NCBI GenBank assembly: GCA_964626635.1
Contig: CAZVFY010000006.1
Location: forward strand, 1 to 47,395
Direction: 5' to 3'
Length of the DNA: 47,395 nucleotides
Origin: an uncultured Candidatus Saccharibacteria bacterium
GTDB lineage: Bacteria; Patescibacteriota; Minisyncoccia; Phycocordibacterales; UBA918
In this document: one piece after another, positions 9,729 through 19,320 of the stretch
Position numbering within the stretch: position 1 is the first letter of the stretch
How the letters are laid out: each line of letters begins with the position of its first letter
Translations under genes and position numbers: made by a program
Notes under the pieces: model-generated
What the model was told of the DNA's origin: nothing
Seen by the model: only the letters and a program-made list of their open reading frames with translations
Databases searched by the model: none

Positions 9729-10694
9729 GTGAAAAAAGTTCCTCTCATCACCATCTTGGCGGCATTTGCCGCCGTTCCCGCTATCGCCGATGTCGTCGGC
9801 CTCCCGCCACTCCCGCCGGTCGCTCCCTACGAGCGTCTGATGGAGCCTGGCGGCGAATTCACCATCTGCACCGGCGGTATCGGCGGTGCCTACTATCGGA
9901 TTGGCGCACAGATCGCCGGCATGATGGAGGCCTACGCCCAAACGGGCAGCTCCTCGATTACCATCGACGATGCCTCGCCTCAGCCGGGCGGTGGTACCTA
10001 CGGCTGCCTCACAGCACTCGCTGAAGGTACGGTCGACGCCGCTATCATCCAGAGCGACGGCCGAGCGATCCTGGCCGATGTCGGTCAGTCCCTGATCGGC
10101 GCGATGGACGTTGCCGGCGCCGTGTTGACCGAGGAGATCGTGACGATCTGCTCGCGTGATAACGACACCGAGGACTTCGGCGACATCGCGCAAACGCGCG
10201 GCGCGCTCATCACCGTCGCCGGCGGTCAGACGTCCGGCACCAATGTGATGCTGAACGTGATCGCATCGGCCGACGGCGGCTATCAGCGACCGGTGTACTC
10301 GTACGAGGGCAACTTCTACGAGGCGGTCGAGGAAGTCGCTCGCGGCGAGGCCGATTGCGCTGTCGGCGTCATGGACATCGACACAGCACCCGTGCTGCGC
10401 CAGATCTCGACCGAGTTCGGTGATCAGGTTCGACTCGTCGGTACCTGGGATCGTGACTTCCGCGATCTAGAGCATCGTGGCGAGCAGGTCTATGGCTGGC
10501 GCGCCGTCCCCGAGGATACGCCCGGCATCCGGGCGCTCCTTGATTGGAACGGCAACGGCCGGATGTGGTCGCCCGAAGTGGTGACCGTCAACGCCATGGT
10601 CGTGTACCGTGAGGGGATGGATGGCTACTACGCCGACATCCTGACGGATGCGGTCGAAGCGGTCGCCAACCTCAACGACGACGTCAAGAACTGA
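9729..10694 (+). CDS. TAXI-type TRAP transporter solute-binding-like protein
   Basis: Signal peptide; TGGIGGAYYRIG, DAAIIQSD, TSGT motifs; GTG start with AGGAG SD; GC-rich codons. Confidence 0.7.
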   Translation: MKKVPLITILAAFAAVPAIADVVGLPPLPPVAPYERLMEPGGEFTICTGGIGGAYYRIGAQIAGMMEAYAQTGSSSITIDDASPQPGGGTYGCLTALAEGTVDAAIIQSDGRAILADVGQSLIGAMDVAGAVLTEEIVTICSRDNDTEDFGDIAQTRGALITVAGGQTSGTNVMLNVIASADGGYQRPVYSYEGNFYEAVEEVARGEADCAVGVMDIDTAPVLRQISTEFGDQVRLVGTWDRDFRDLEHRGEQVYGWRAVPEDTPGIRALLDWNGNGRMWSPEVVTVNAMVVYREGMDGYYADILTDAVEAVANLNDDVKN

Positions 10695-10764
10695 TCTTTG
10701 GCGTTCATATACTGCACGGGCCGGCAATCACGCCGGCCCGTTTTACTACAACAAGGAGCACATC

Positions 10765-11121
10765 ATGCATGGCAACAAGATCACCTGGATCGAGCGAGTG
10801 GGTTTGGCGGTACTGCTGGTATTCGCCTCTGTCTGCCTCTCGTGCGAGCTGTTCGAGGACATTTTGAACCTCGGCTTTGCGTACGACGACTTTTTCTCAG
10901 TCCTGCTGGCCTTATCGGCGTACGCGTGGCTGATCCATGTCATGCGACTGCGTACCTGGCGAACTTACACCGTTGTCGGGCTGCTCGCTATCATGGCGGT
11001 GGTCGACTGGTTCTCCAGCGAGGGGGCACTCTGGGACGAGTTGATAGCGATCATAGCAATCGGCTACATGGTCTACCAGATCCGTAAGGGGTTGTTCAGC
11101 GTTAAGGTATCGCTGGGCTAG
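10765..11121 (+). CDS. Hypothetical membrane protein
   Basis: AAGGAG SD before ATG 10765; four hydrophobic segments; terminator at 11145-11168. Confidence 0.6.
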   Translation: MHGNKITWIERVGLAVLLVFASVCLSCELFEDILNLGFAYDDFFSVLLALSAYAWLIHVMRLRTWRTYTVVGLLAIMAVVDWFSSEGALWDELIAIIAIGYMVYQIRKGLFSVKVSLG

Positions 11122-11219
11122 TAGCCTTTGCAAACAAGCACATGAAGCACGCCTACGGGCGTGCTTTTCTATAAACATTCTATTTAAAGACTTTGATAGA
11201 AGCTTGTTATCATGTTTTT

Positions 11220-11630
11220 ATGAACGAACAACTACTTCAAGCAGTCCGAGAAAGAGTGAGGCTCGGCAACAGCAAGGAACAAATTTATAATGAACTAGGA
11301 TGCGCTGGATACCAAGACAATTTTATTGAATTACTGTACACAAATGCAACACAAACTATGCAGTCATCATCGGTGGCAGATCTGCAGCTGTCGATGTCGC
11401 ACCGTCAGGGTATGCATCCAGCGTTAATTGCGTGTCTACCAATGTTTGTCTTTATCGGTACCATGGTGCTTTGGGGGCTGGTCAATTTAATTTATGGTGA
11501 ATCGGGTTCAGGCTGGTTATTATTTGTTAATACTGTACTTGTCCCATTAGTGTTTGGATTTTCAGTACTGGCGTTACCGGTCTTTATCATTGCGGCAATT
11601 GTAATTGCTGTACGCCGAAAGAAGCGCTGA
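11220..11630 (+). CDS. Hypothetical membrane protein
   Basis: TGnTATCAT -10 six nt before ATG 11220; two TM helices and a basic tail. Confidence 0.6.
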   Translation: MNEQLLQAVRERVRLGNSKEQIYNELGCAGYQDNFIELLYTNATQTMQSSSVADLQLSMSHRQGMHPALIACLPMFVFIGTMVLWGLVNLIYGESGSGWLLFVNTVLVPLVFGFSVLALPVFIIAAIVIAVRRKKR

Positions 11631-11665
11631 CATCGTGAAAAACTATATTAACAAGGCTGTGTTCC

Positions 11666-11828
11666 TTGCCAAAACCATATTTTCGCGTATAGTGTGGGCA
11701 TCGTTCAATCTGTTTGTTAGGGGCAGTTGGGGAAGGCGGGCTTTGCCGCAAGGGATTGCCCGCCGGTATTACGAGGAAGTAAGTCGTCGCATCTCGACGA
11801 AACTGCTTCACCATTAAATTGAATGTAG
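11666..11828 (+). promoter_or_regulatory. Promoter and structured 5' leader of the rpsN-secY operon
   Basis: TTGCCA-16-TATAGT; nested helices 11702-09/11818-25, 11720-28/11801-09, 11735-41/11758-64, 11784-89/11795-800. Confidence 0.55.
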
Positions 11829-12014
11829 ATGGCAAAAAAATCTATGATTGCAAAGGCGGCGCGTCCGCCGAAGTTCAAGTCACGCGTCGTCCGACGCTGC
11901 AGCCAGTGTGGTCGATCACACGGCTACTTACGTGACTTTGACATGTGTCGTATTTGCTTCCGCGAAAACGCACATGAAGGACATATACCAGGAGTAAGAA
12001 AATCATCATGGTAG
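11829..12014 (+). CDS. rpsN: 30S ribosomal protein S14, zinc-ribbon (type Z)
   Basis: 61 aa; RCSQCGR...MCRICFRE...GVRKSSW. Confidence 0.97.
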   Translation: MAKKSMIAKAARPPKFKSRVVRRCSQCGRSHGYLRDFDMCRICFRENAHEGHIPGVRKSSW

Positions 12015-12403
12015 GGGATACAGTCGGCGACTTTGTAGTTCGCCTCAAGAACGCTGGTATGGTGGGACACGATCAAGTATCACTCCCGTACTCAAAATTA
12101 CGTCACGCCATCGCGGACAAGCTGGCGCACGCTGGCTACGTCAGTATGGTCGAGACAGCTGGTGACACACCAGCTACTAAAATGCTGACGGTTGCACTGC
12201 AGTACACCGATGGCGAACACAAGATTCGCGGCATCAAGCGCGTCAGCAAGCCTGGTCGTCGCCTGTACGCAAAAGCGTCCGAGTTGCACCCGGTCAAGTT
12301 CGGCCAAGGGCACCTCATTTTATCAACCCCAGCTGGGATCCTCACCAACACCGAAGCCAAAGAGCAAAATGTTGGTGGCGAACAGCTGTTCATCATCTGG
12401 TAA
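12008..12403 (+). CDS. rpsH: 30S ribosomal protein S8
   Basis: [21 protein letters not shown]. Confidence 0.97.
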   Translation: MVGDTVGDFVVRLKNAGMVGHDQVSLPYSKLRHAIADKLAHAGYVSMVETAGDTPATKMLTVALQYTDGEHKIRGIKRVSKPGRRLYAKASELHPVKFGQGHLILSTPAGILTNTEAKEQNVGGEQLFIIW

Positions 12404-12405
12404 GT

Positions 12406-12936
12406 ATGTCACGTCTCGGAAAAATTCCAGTAACCATTCCTAGCGGTGTCGATGTGACACTGTCGGATGGTGTACTGATGGTCAAAGGTCCAAACGCTAC
12501 GCTCAGCAAGCCAGTGCGGGATGATGTGGTGATTGACATTACTGACAATGAGGTTGCGATGCAGCCGGGTGATACACCAAAAGCGCGTGCGCTCTGGGGA
12601 ACCTATGCTGCGCACTTGCGCAACATGATCACCGGTGTCACGGATGGCTTTACTCGTGTGTTGCAGATCGAAGGAGTCGGATACCGTGCCGCGGTCGAAG
12701 GCAACACCCTCGTCCTCAACGTCGGGTACTCACACCCAGTCAACATCTCTATCCCGGAAGGCATCACGGCCGAAGTAGTCAAGAGCGACATCACCCTCAA
12801 AGGGTTCGATAAAGATGCGCTCGGACAGTTCGCGGCCGACGTGCGCAAGGTCAAGAAGCCAGAACCGTACAAAGGAAAGGGAATTCGTTACAAAGACGAA
12901 GTTATTATCCGCAAGCAAGGTAAGAAGGCTGTCTAG
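12406..12936 (+). CDS. rplF: 50S ribosomal protein L6
   Basis: [30 protein letters not shown]. Confidence 0.97.
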   Translation: MSRLGKIPVTIPSGVDVTLSDGVLMVKGPNATLSKPVRDDVVIDITDNEVAMQPGDTPKARALWGTYAAHLRNMITGVTDGFTRVLQIEGVGYRAAVEGNTLVLNVGYSHPVNISIPEGITAEVVKSDITLKGFDKDALGQFAADVRKVKKPEPYKGKGIRYKDEVIIRKQGKKAV

Positions 12937-12959
12937 TCTCTGCATCATCTCATCCGCTT

Positions 12960-13307
12960 ATGAACAAACTATCTAAAGCAGCTAGTCGCGCCAAGCGACA
13001 CACCCGCCTCCGACACAAAGTCACCGGCACAGCTGCGCGTCCGCGCCTCGCGGTATTTCGCAGTAACAAGTTCGTGTACGCACAATTGATTGATGACGAG
13101 AACGGTACCACTGTGGCGTCCGCTGACTCACGCACAAATACCGAAGGTACTCGCGTTGAACAAGCGAGCGCCGTTGGTGCGAATATCGCTGAAAAGGCCA
13201 AAGGACTCCAGATTGATTCTGTTGTCTTTGATCGTGGCGGTTTCCGTTACCAAGGGATTGTCGCGGCCCTGGCAGATGCAGCCCGCAGCGGCGGACTACA
13301 ATTTTAA
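12960..13307 (+). CDS. rplR: 50S ribosomal protein L18
   Basis: [24 protein letters not shown]. Confidence 0.97.
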   Translation: MNKLSKAASRAKRHTRLRHKVTGTAARPRLAVFRSNKFVYAQLIDDENGTTVASADSRTNTEGTRVEQASAVGANIAEKAKGLQIDSVVFDRGGFRYQGIVAALADAARSGGLQF

Positions 13308-13320
13308 TTACTGATTATTT

Positions 13321-14007
13321 ATGAAAGAAGAAACACAGGAAGCTACAACCGGAGTCACACCAAATGATGCGGCTTCACCAGCGGTTGAGCCCGCTACTGC
13401 AGCCAAGGCTGATCACAATAGTGACGCCGCTGCACCCGATGCACCTGTCGTAGATGCAAACACCCGAGAGCGTGGTGCCCGCCCAGCGCGACGTGGTGGT
13501 ACTGACCGACGCGGCGGCAATGACCGCCGTGGTGGTGGACGTCGCCTACGCCGTGGCGGACGCGGAGAGCGCGTCAAGCCAGAATTTGACCAAAAGATTG
13601 TCAGCATTCGCCGCGTCACTCGTGTGATGGCTGGTGGACGACGATTCTCGTTCTCTGTCTCGATGGTGATCGGCGACAAGAAAGGTCGGGTCGGCGTTGG
13701 TGTCGGCAAGGCTGGCGATACGCAACTCGCGATCGAAAAGGCAGTGCGCGCCGCGCGCAAGAATATGATCCAGATTCCTCTGGATGCGGACATGCGTATC
13801 CCTCATGACGTACACACCAAGTACGCTTCGAGCGAAGTGATGATCATGCCGGCACCTGGACGTGGGTTGGTGGCTGGTTCATCGGTTCGTACCGTGCTAG
13901 AACTAGGAGGTGTCAAAGACGTTACGGCGAAAATCTTTTCTCGTAGTAAAAACAAACTTAACAATGCTCGCGCCGCTGTCGAAGCGCTCAAGCAACTGAA
14001 AAAATAA
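13321..14007 (+). CDS. rpsE: 30S ribosomal protein S5 with long Ala/Pro- and RGG-rich N-terminal extension
   Basis: RVTRVMAGGRRFSFS, PAPGRGLVAG. Confidence 0.97.
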   Translation: MKEETQEATTGVTPNDAASPAVEPATAAKADHNSDAAAPDAPVVDANTRERGARPARRGGTDRRGGNDRRGGGRRLRRGGRGERVKPEFDQKIVSIRRVTRVMAGGRRFSFSVSMVIGDKKGRVGVGVGKAGDTQLAIEKAVRAARKNMIQIPLDADMRIPHDVHTKYASSEVMIMPAPGRGLVAGSSVRTVLELGGVKDVTAKIFSRSKNKLNNARAAVEALKQLKK

Positions 14008-14011
14008 GCGT

Positions 14012-14464
14012 ATGCAGTTACACGAATTACAACGCACAACTCCACTCAAAAGCAAAAAGCGGATTGGTCGCGGTGGCAAGCGCGGCAAGACTTCAGGTCG
14101 TGGCCACAAGGGGCAAAAAGCCCGTGCCGGAAACAGCACGCGCCCAGAGTTGCGTGAACACATCAAGAAACTACCGAAATTACGCGGTCACGGTGTCAAC
14201 CGAGCCCAGACGGTAAACGCAGAACGCGTTCTCCCAACGGTGGTAAACGTCGCAGTTTTGGAAGCAAACTTTGAACAGGGCGCAGTGATTACTCCTAAGA
14301 CATTAGTCACAAAGGGTGTCATCGCCAGTGTCCGCCGCAAGGCGCCAGCGGTCAAGATTCTTGGCAATGGTGACCTGACTAAAGCACTGACTATCGAGGG
14401 TTGTACGGTCTCAAAATCAGCCGCCGAGAAAATCACTGCCGCTGGTGGTGCAGTCACTAACTAA
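14012..14464 (+). CDS. rplO: 50S ribosomal protein L15
   Basis: GKTSGRGHKGQKAR, VKILGNG, KITAAGG. Confidence 0.97.
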   Translation: MQLHELQRTTPLKSKKRIGRGGKRGKTSGRGHKGQKARAGNSTRPELREHIKKLPKLRGHGVNRAQTVNAERVLPTVVNVAVLEANFEQGAVITPKTLVTKGVIASVRRKAPAVKILGNGDLTKALTIEGCTVSKSAAEKITAAGGAVTN

Positions 14465-14475
14465 TAATTGGAAGT

Positions 14476-15747
14476 ATGCATACATTCTTCCAAAAACTAA
14501 AGATTGCCTTCACCGAGCCGGCCATCCGCAATCGTATCCTGTTTATCCTTGGGGCTTTGATCGTCTTTCGGGCGCTTGCAGCGATCCCAATTCCTGGCGT
14601 TGATCAAACCGTACTCGAACAATTCTTTGCGAACAATCAATTCTTTAACCTACTCAGTATTTTCTCTGGTGGGGGGTTAGCCAATCTCTCAATTGTGATG
14701 CTCGGGGTGGGGCCGTTCATTACCGCTAGCATTATCATGCAGTTAATGACAGTAATGTCCCCGCGTCTCAAGAGTATGTACCACGAGGAAGGTGAAGCGG
14801 GTCGCGCCAAGTTCACGCAGTACAGCCGACTGCTGACATTACCGCTAGCGGTGTTGCAGGCGTTTGGATTTTTGACGCTCTTGCAGAGTCAGGGGATCCT
14901 GATCGGTCTGACGCCATTTGATTTTGTCGTCAATGTTATCCTTGTTGTCGCAGGGTCAATGCTGCTGATGTGGATCGGTGAACTGATCACTGAATACGGG
15001 ATCGGGAACGGGGTGTCCATCATTATCTTTGCGGGTATCGTGGCCGTGTTGCCACAGTATGCGTCGCAGTTATTCTTTAACTATGACGCGTCACAGTTGC
15101 CACTGTATCTCGGATTTGGTCTAATCGCGCTGGGGCTAATTTACGCCATCGTCTACATGACCGAGGCCGAACGACCTGTGCCAATCTCGTACGCCAAAGA
15201 ATCACGGGCCGGTAACACGTACACACGTAGCGCGTCATACCTACCGATGCGCCTCAATCAGGCCGGTGTGATCCCAATCATCTTTGCGCTGTCGATCATT
15301 TTGTTTCCGCAGATGGTTCTCAATATCCTATCGGCCTTTGATGTGCCGTGGGTAGCCGACGCCAGCGCCGTGATCACGAACTTCACTAATAACCTGTGGA
15401 CGTATGGTATTACGTACTTCATCCTGGTGGTGCTGTTCACGTTCTTCTACACCGCGGTTACGTTTGAACCGGATAATGTCGCCAAGAACTTACAGCGCTC
15501 AGGTGGATTTATCCCGGGTATCCGACCGGGCGCGCAGACTAGCACGTACCTTGGTAACTTGGTAACTCGTCTGACGCTGGTGGGTGCACTGTTCCTCGGA
15601 TTTGTCGCGGTACTACCAGTACTGATGCAGATCGCGACTGGAGTCGCCGCACTGACGATTGGCGGTACGGCCGTGCTGATCGCCGTGACAGTGGTGCTCG
15701 ACCTAATTCGTCGGGTTGATGCGCAGGTGTCGATGCGAGAAGTCTAG
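14476..15747 (+). CDS. secY: Preprotein translocase subunit SecY
   Basis: LGVGPFITASIIMQL, GIGNGVS, GVIPIIFA, IPGIRPG, IGGT. Confidence 0.97.
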   Translation: MHTFFQKLKIAFTEPAIRNRILFILGALIVFRALAAIPIPGVDQTVLEQFFANNQFFNLLSIFSGGGLANLSIVMLGVGPFITASIIMQLMTVMSPRLKSMYHEEGEAGRAKFTQYSRLLTLPLAVLQAFGFLTLLQSQGILIGLTPFDFVVNVILVVAGSMLLMWIGELITEYGIGNGVSIIIFAGIVAVLPQYASQLFFNYDASQLPLYLGFGLIALGLIYAIVYMTEAERPVPISYAKESRAGNTYTRSASYLPMRLNQAGVIPIIFALSIILFPQMVLNILSAFDVPWVADASAVITNFTNNLWTYGITYFILVVLFTFFYTAVTFEPDNVAKNLQRSGGFIPGIRPGAQTSTYLGNLVTRLTLVGALFLGFVAVLPVLMQIATGVAALTIGGTAVLIAVTVVLDLIRRVDAQVSMREV

Positions 15748-15768
15748 TCGCACCAGTCCTTACTGAAT

Positions 15769-15800
15769 AAAACGCACGCCCAATTTGGGCGTGCGTTTTA
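15769..15800. terminator. Bidirectional intrinsic terminator
   Basis: AAAACGCACGCCCAA-T-TTGGGCGTGCGTTTT between convergent genes. Confidence 0.75.
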
Positions 15801-15826
15801 GTGTATTGCCCAAGCCATTTGATCCG

Positions 15827-16456
15827 TTAATACTTATTCTTATACGAATACTTGAGAGGAATGGCGCTGTGTTCAGGTGTCCAGTATTCGCTATTGAGCC
15901 AGCGTTTGTAGCAATCAAAAACGGTCACGGCCACCGAGTACGGGTTATGACGTGAGGTGTCGATCACGAGGTCGAATTGCTTTCTGTTATACGGGTCAAC
16001 GCTGTACAGTTTCTTGAACCGGCGTTGTTCATCCTCCATCCGGGTCCGCACCGTGCGCGCGACGCTCGCCAAGGAAGTGTCGCTGGTTTCAATGCCCGCG
16101 CGCTCGGCACTCGAGACATCATGGTAGATACGCGCGGTCGCTACCTGCAGATCAAGGTCGAGGTATACCTTGAATGATTCTGGTAGCCAATAAAATCCTA
16201 ACCTCGAATCCACCACGATGTCCTCGGTGTCGCTTAGTTGGCGCAACTCTTCATCAATCTGGTCGTCCAAATTATGATCATCGCTCGCCGAGTCGTTGTA
16301 CTCGGCCAGTGTCAGACCATTGCGGCGCAAGACGCGGCGGACCATATCGCCGGACGAATGCCGGGTATAACCGAGTAGCTCAGCGACCTTATCAGCAGTG
16401 GAAGATTTGCCGCTACCCGGCTTGCCGGAGAGGGTAATAATGTGCTTTTTTTGCAT
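15827..16456 (-). CDS. Cytidylate kinase-like (short, archaeal-type) P-loop kinase, paralog 2
   Basis: ITLSGKPGSGKSS, VVDSRLG, FKVYL, DLVIDT. Confidence 0.8.
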   Translation of the reverse strand: MQKKHIITLSGKPGSGKSSTADKVAELLGYTRHSSGDMVRRVLRRNGLTLAEYNDSASDDHNLDDQIDEELRQLSDTEDIVVDSRLGFYWLPESFKVYLDLDLQVATARIYHDVSSAERAGIETSDTSLASVARTVRTRMEDEQRRFKKLYSVDPYNRKQFDLVIDTSRHNPYSVAVTVFDCYKRWLNSEYWTPEHSAIPLKYSYKNKY

Positions 16457-16459
16457 AGT

Positions 16460-17038
16460 TTAACCAAGCAGCCATCGCTGGTACGCATTGGTGATAGTAG
16501 TAATCACGGCGTCTGGTCCGTTGACCGCAGTGTCTACGACTAAATCATAGTTGGCGGTGTTGTAGGGATCGGCTCGGTATAGCGTCTGGTATCGTTTCGA
16601 CTCGCTCGCCAGGCGAGTTTCCAAATCTTGTGCGTAGCCTGCGACATCAGTGGGAATAGTCTCGTGCTCGAGTCGGGCATCATCGAGCGACTCCAGGATG
16701 CGCGCCGCCGCAACGGTCAAATCGAGATCGAGATACACCCGAAACGAGTATGGCATCCAGTGCCAGGCCATTCTTGAATCGACAACAAAATTGTCTTGCG
16801 TGTCACCGAGGTCGCGTAACATACTATCAACCCGCTCGTCGATAGACGTATCGGTCTCGGCTTCTTTGTTGGCGGTCAACAGGTCAACGCCGCGCTCTTT
16901 GCTGATGGCGCGAAAAAAATCACCCGAGGAATAATGGGCTAGTCCCAGCTCGCTGGCGATGCGTTTTGAGGTGGTTGATTTGCCACTGCCGGGCTTACCT
17001 GCGATGGTAATAATTGATTTTTTGGTGTCTGCTGACAT
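16460..17038 (-). CDS. Cytidylate kinase-like (short, archaeal-type) P-loop kinase, paralog 1
   Basis: ITIAGKPGSGKST, VVDSRMA, FRVYL, YDLVVDT. Confidence 0.8.
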   Translation of the reverse strand: MSADTKKSIITIAGKPGSGKSTTSKRIASELGLAHYSSGDFFRAISKERGVDLLTANKEAETDTSIDERVDSMLRDLGDTQDNFVVDSRMAWHWMPYSFRVYLDLDLTVAAARILESLDDARLEHETIPTDVAGYAQDLETRLASESKRYQTLYRADPYNTANYDLVVDTAVNGPDAVITTITNAYQRWLLG

Positions 17039-17119
17039 ATCGTTCAATATCATAGCATCTTACGCACGAGGTATGAAAGTTCTTGTAATTTACCTAAAAC
17101 CGAGTAGACTAGACTTTTT

Positions 17120-17713
17120 ATGACACCAAAAACCGTATTATTTATTGGCCCCCAAGGTTCGGGCAAAGGCACGCAGATCGCCCTCCTCACTAAAGTTATC
17201 GCCGAAATTGACCCCGCTCGACGGATTGTCGATATCCAAACGGGACGTCGATTCCGAGCCCTCGCTGCCAAGAGCGAAACCTTCGCCGACAAGAAAATTG
17301 CCGCGTCACTCGATAGCGGCGCGTTGCAGCCGGACTTTATTACTCACCTCCTGTGGGGACAGGCCATGCTCGAACAGCTTGATCCCAAATCGCACTTGCT
17401 GATCGACGGCTTTCCGCGCACTGCCCACCAGGCCCGGGTACTAGATAACGCGATGACATTTTTCGAGCGAGCGCACGTCGACGTGATCAACCTGGATACT
17501 CCAGACGAGATCGTGCGTACCCGGATGAAGGGTCGGGGCCGCAGTGATGACACACCAGAGGCAATCGACACGCGTTTGCGCTCATACACCAAAGACACCG
17601 TACCGGTACTGGCACACTACGCAGCGCGCGCCCATACGACGGTACATACAATCGATGGTACGATGAATATTGCTGGTGTGCACCAGGCAGTGCGCCAGGC
17701 TCTCGACGTCTAA
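17120..17713 (+). CDS. adk: Adenylate kinase (short-LID type)
   Basis: GPQGSGKGTQ, IDGFPRT, RGRSDD; adjacent to map. Confidence 0.85.
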   Translation: MTPKTVLFIGPQGSGKGTQIALLTKVIAEIDPARRIVDIQTGRRFRALAAKSETFADKKIAASLDSGALQPDFITHLLWGQAMLEQLDPKSHLLIDGFPRTAHQARVLDNAMTFFERAHVDVINLDTPDEIVRTRMKGRGRSDDTPEAIDTRLRSYTKDTVPVLAHYAARAHTTVHTIDGTMNIAGVHQAVRQALDV

Positions 17714-17726
17714 CCATCGCAGTCCT

Positions 17727-18500
17727 ATGATCGCTACCAAAACCCCTGCCCAGATTGCAGAGCTCGCCGAGGCGGGTGCGATTCTGGCAATTATTTTAGA
17801 GACTCTCAAAGGCGCGGCCGTTCCCGGTGTGTCGACACTGGACCTCGATGACCTCGCGCAAGAATTGGCCGCTACTCACGCGGTCGAGCCGATCCTCCTC
17901 GGGTATCACCCGTCATTTGCGCCGACGCCGTATCCAGCCGCAACCTGTATCTCGCTCAATAACTGTGTACAGCACGGCATCCCGCGCGCGGATATCGTGC
18001 TGGCGGCAGGGGACGCGGTGAACATCGATATGAGCATCGCGCACGACGGTATGGTGGTAGACGCCGGACTGACCGTCGGGATCGGTATGATCGATGCTGA
18101 CACTAAGCGATTGATCGAAACCACGCGCGAAGCCCTCGCGGCCGGCATTAAGGCCGCCGTACCGGGCGGACGGATTGGTGACATATCAGCCGCCATCCAG
18201 CGCCACGTCGAATCTCGCGGCCTCTCCGTGGTGCGCGAACTCTGTGGGCACGGCGTTGGCTACGAGATCCACGAAGAGCCAAACATTCCTAACTACGGCA
18301 AGGCTGGCACAGGCCCACTCATCGAAGTTGGGCATGTGTATGCCATCGAGCCCATCGTCAACATCGGTGGCGCCGATGTGGTGTTTGATGACGACGGGGA
18401 TGGGTACGGCGTATACACCGAGGATGATTCATGGAGCGCGCATTTCGAGCACACTGTTGCCATCACAAAAGATGGTCCAAAAATTTTGACAAAACGGTAG
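17727..18500 (+). CDS. map: Type I methionine aminopeptidase
   Basis: CISLNNCVQHGIP, GHGVG..IHEEP, AIEP, SAHFEHT. Confidence 0.95.
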   Translation: MIATKTPAQIAELAEAGAILAIILETLKGAAVPGVSTLDLDDLAQELAATHAVEPILLGYHPSFAPTPYPAATCISLNNCVQHGIPRADIVLAAGDAVNIDMSIAHDGMVVDAGLTVGIGMIDADTKRLIETTREALAAGIKAAVPGGRIGDISAAIQRHVESRGLSVVRELCGHGVGYEIHEEPNIPNYGKAGTGPLIEVGHVYAIEPIVNIGGADVVFDDDGDGYGVYTEDDSWSAHFEHTVAITKDGPKILTKR

Positions 18501-18520
18501 CACTTTGTTAAGCTATTAAA

Positions 18521-18640
18521 GAACGCGGCCGTGTTCGTCTCGATGGTGTCTTGCCTGTAGGAAACCTGCCTCGTGAACTTAGATCCGCTACGTGCGGTCA
18601 GCGCTCCATCACCAACTGGTTGATTGGAGCGCTTTTTTCT
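18521..18640 (+). ncRNA. Candidate small structured RNA or attenuator between map and ndk
   Basis: TTGACA-17-TAAGCT promoter (18486-18514); terminator AGCGCTCCA...TGGAGCGCT plus T-tract (18600-18638). Confidence 0.4.
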
Positions 18641-18641
18641 T

Positions 18642-18670
18642 TTGCAAATCTGTACACACCTCGGTATACT
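18642..18670 (+). promoter_or_regulatory. Sigma70-like promoter of ndk
   Basis: TTGCAA-17-TATACT. Confidence 0.55.
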
Positions 18671-18697
18671 ACGCCGCATACTATAACTCATTATTTT

Positions 18698-19312
18698 ATG
18701 TCTCACGCTCCACACCAAGAACGCACCTTTGTTATGTTAAAGCCTGACGCGGTCCAGCGCGGACTAATTGGCGAAATCATCAAACGCTTTGAAGCCACCG
18801 GCCTCAAGTGCAGCGCCCTCAAGATGTTTATGGCTGACGAAGAAACGCTGTTTGCGCACTACAACAAAAACGACGAATGGTTCATGAAAAAGGGAACTGG
18901 TATTGTTGAGAACTTGACCAAGCAAGGCAAGCCAGTCGAAAAAGAAGCCATCGAGTACGGCAAGGACATCATCCGCCAGAACGCGGTATTCATGATGCAG
19001 TCACCACTGGTGGCGATGGTATGGGAAGGTAACCAGGCTGGCGCAGTGATCAAAAAAATCGTCGGCTCGACCGAGCCAGCGTCATCTGACGTGGGTACGA
19101 TCCGCGGTGACTACACGGTCGATTCGTATGCGCACGCGGCGTACGAGGATCGTGCCGTGCGCAACCTGATCCACTGTACTGACCCCGAAGACGGCCCCGA
19201 AGAAGCCGAGCGCGAGATCAACCTGTGGTTCACTGAAGCAGAAATCATGTTATACACCACTGCCCAAGAGGCGATCATGTACGATGTGAACCTCGACGGG
19301 ACACCTGATTAG
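18698..19312 (+). CDS. ndk: Nucleoside-diphosphate kinase
   Basis: ERTFVMLKPDAVQRGLIGEII, GTIRGDY, NLIH (catalytic His); start moved to ATG 18698. Confidence 0.93.
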   Translation: MSHAPHQERTFVMLKPDAVQRGLIGEIIKRFEATGLKCSALKMFMADEETLFAHYNKNDEWFMKKGTGIVENLTKQGKPVEKEAIEYGKDIIRQNAVFMMQSPLVAMVWEGNQAGAVIKKIVGSTEPASSDVGTIRGDYTVDSYAHAAYEDRAVRNLIHCTDPEDGPEEAEREINLWFTEAEIMLYTTAQEAIMYDVNLDGTPD

Positions 19313-19320
19313 CGAGTGCA

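Noticed and set aside
11770-11810. Hammerhead ribozyme (stem followed by GAAAC)
   Set aside because: The CUGANGA core is absent
18538-18600. Fluoride riboswitch (GATGGTGTC...GCC) or SRP RNA
   Set aside because: No 3' UGAUGAC/CCUAC element, and no SRP helix-8 CAGG...GGAA...AGCAG signature
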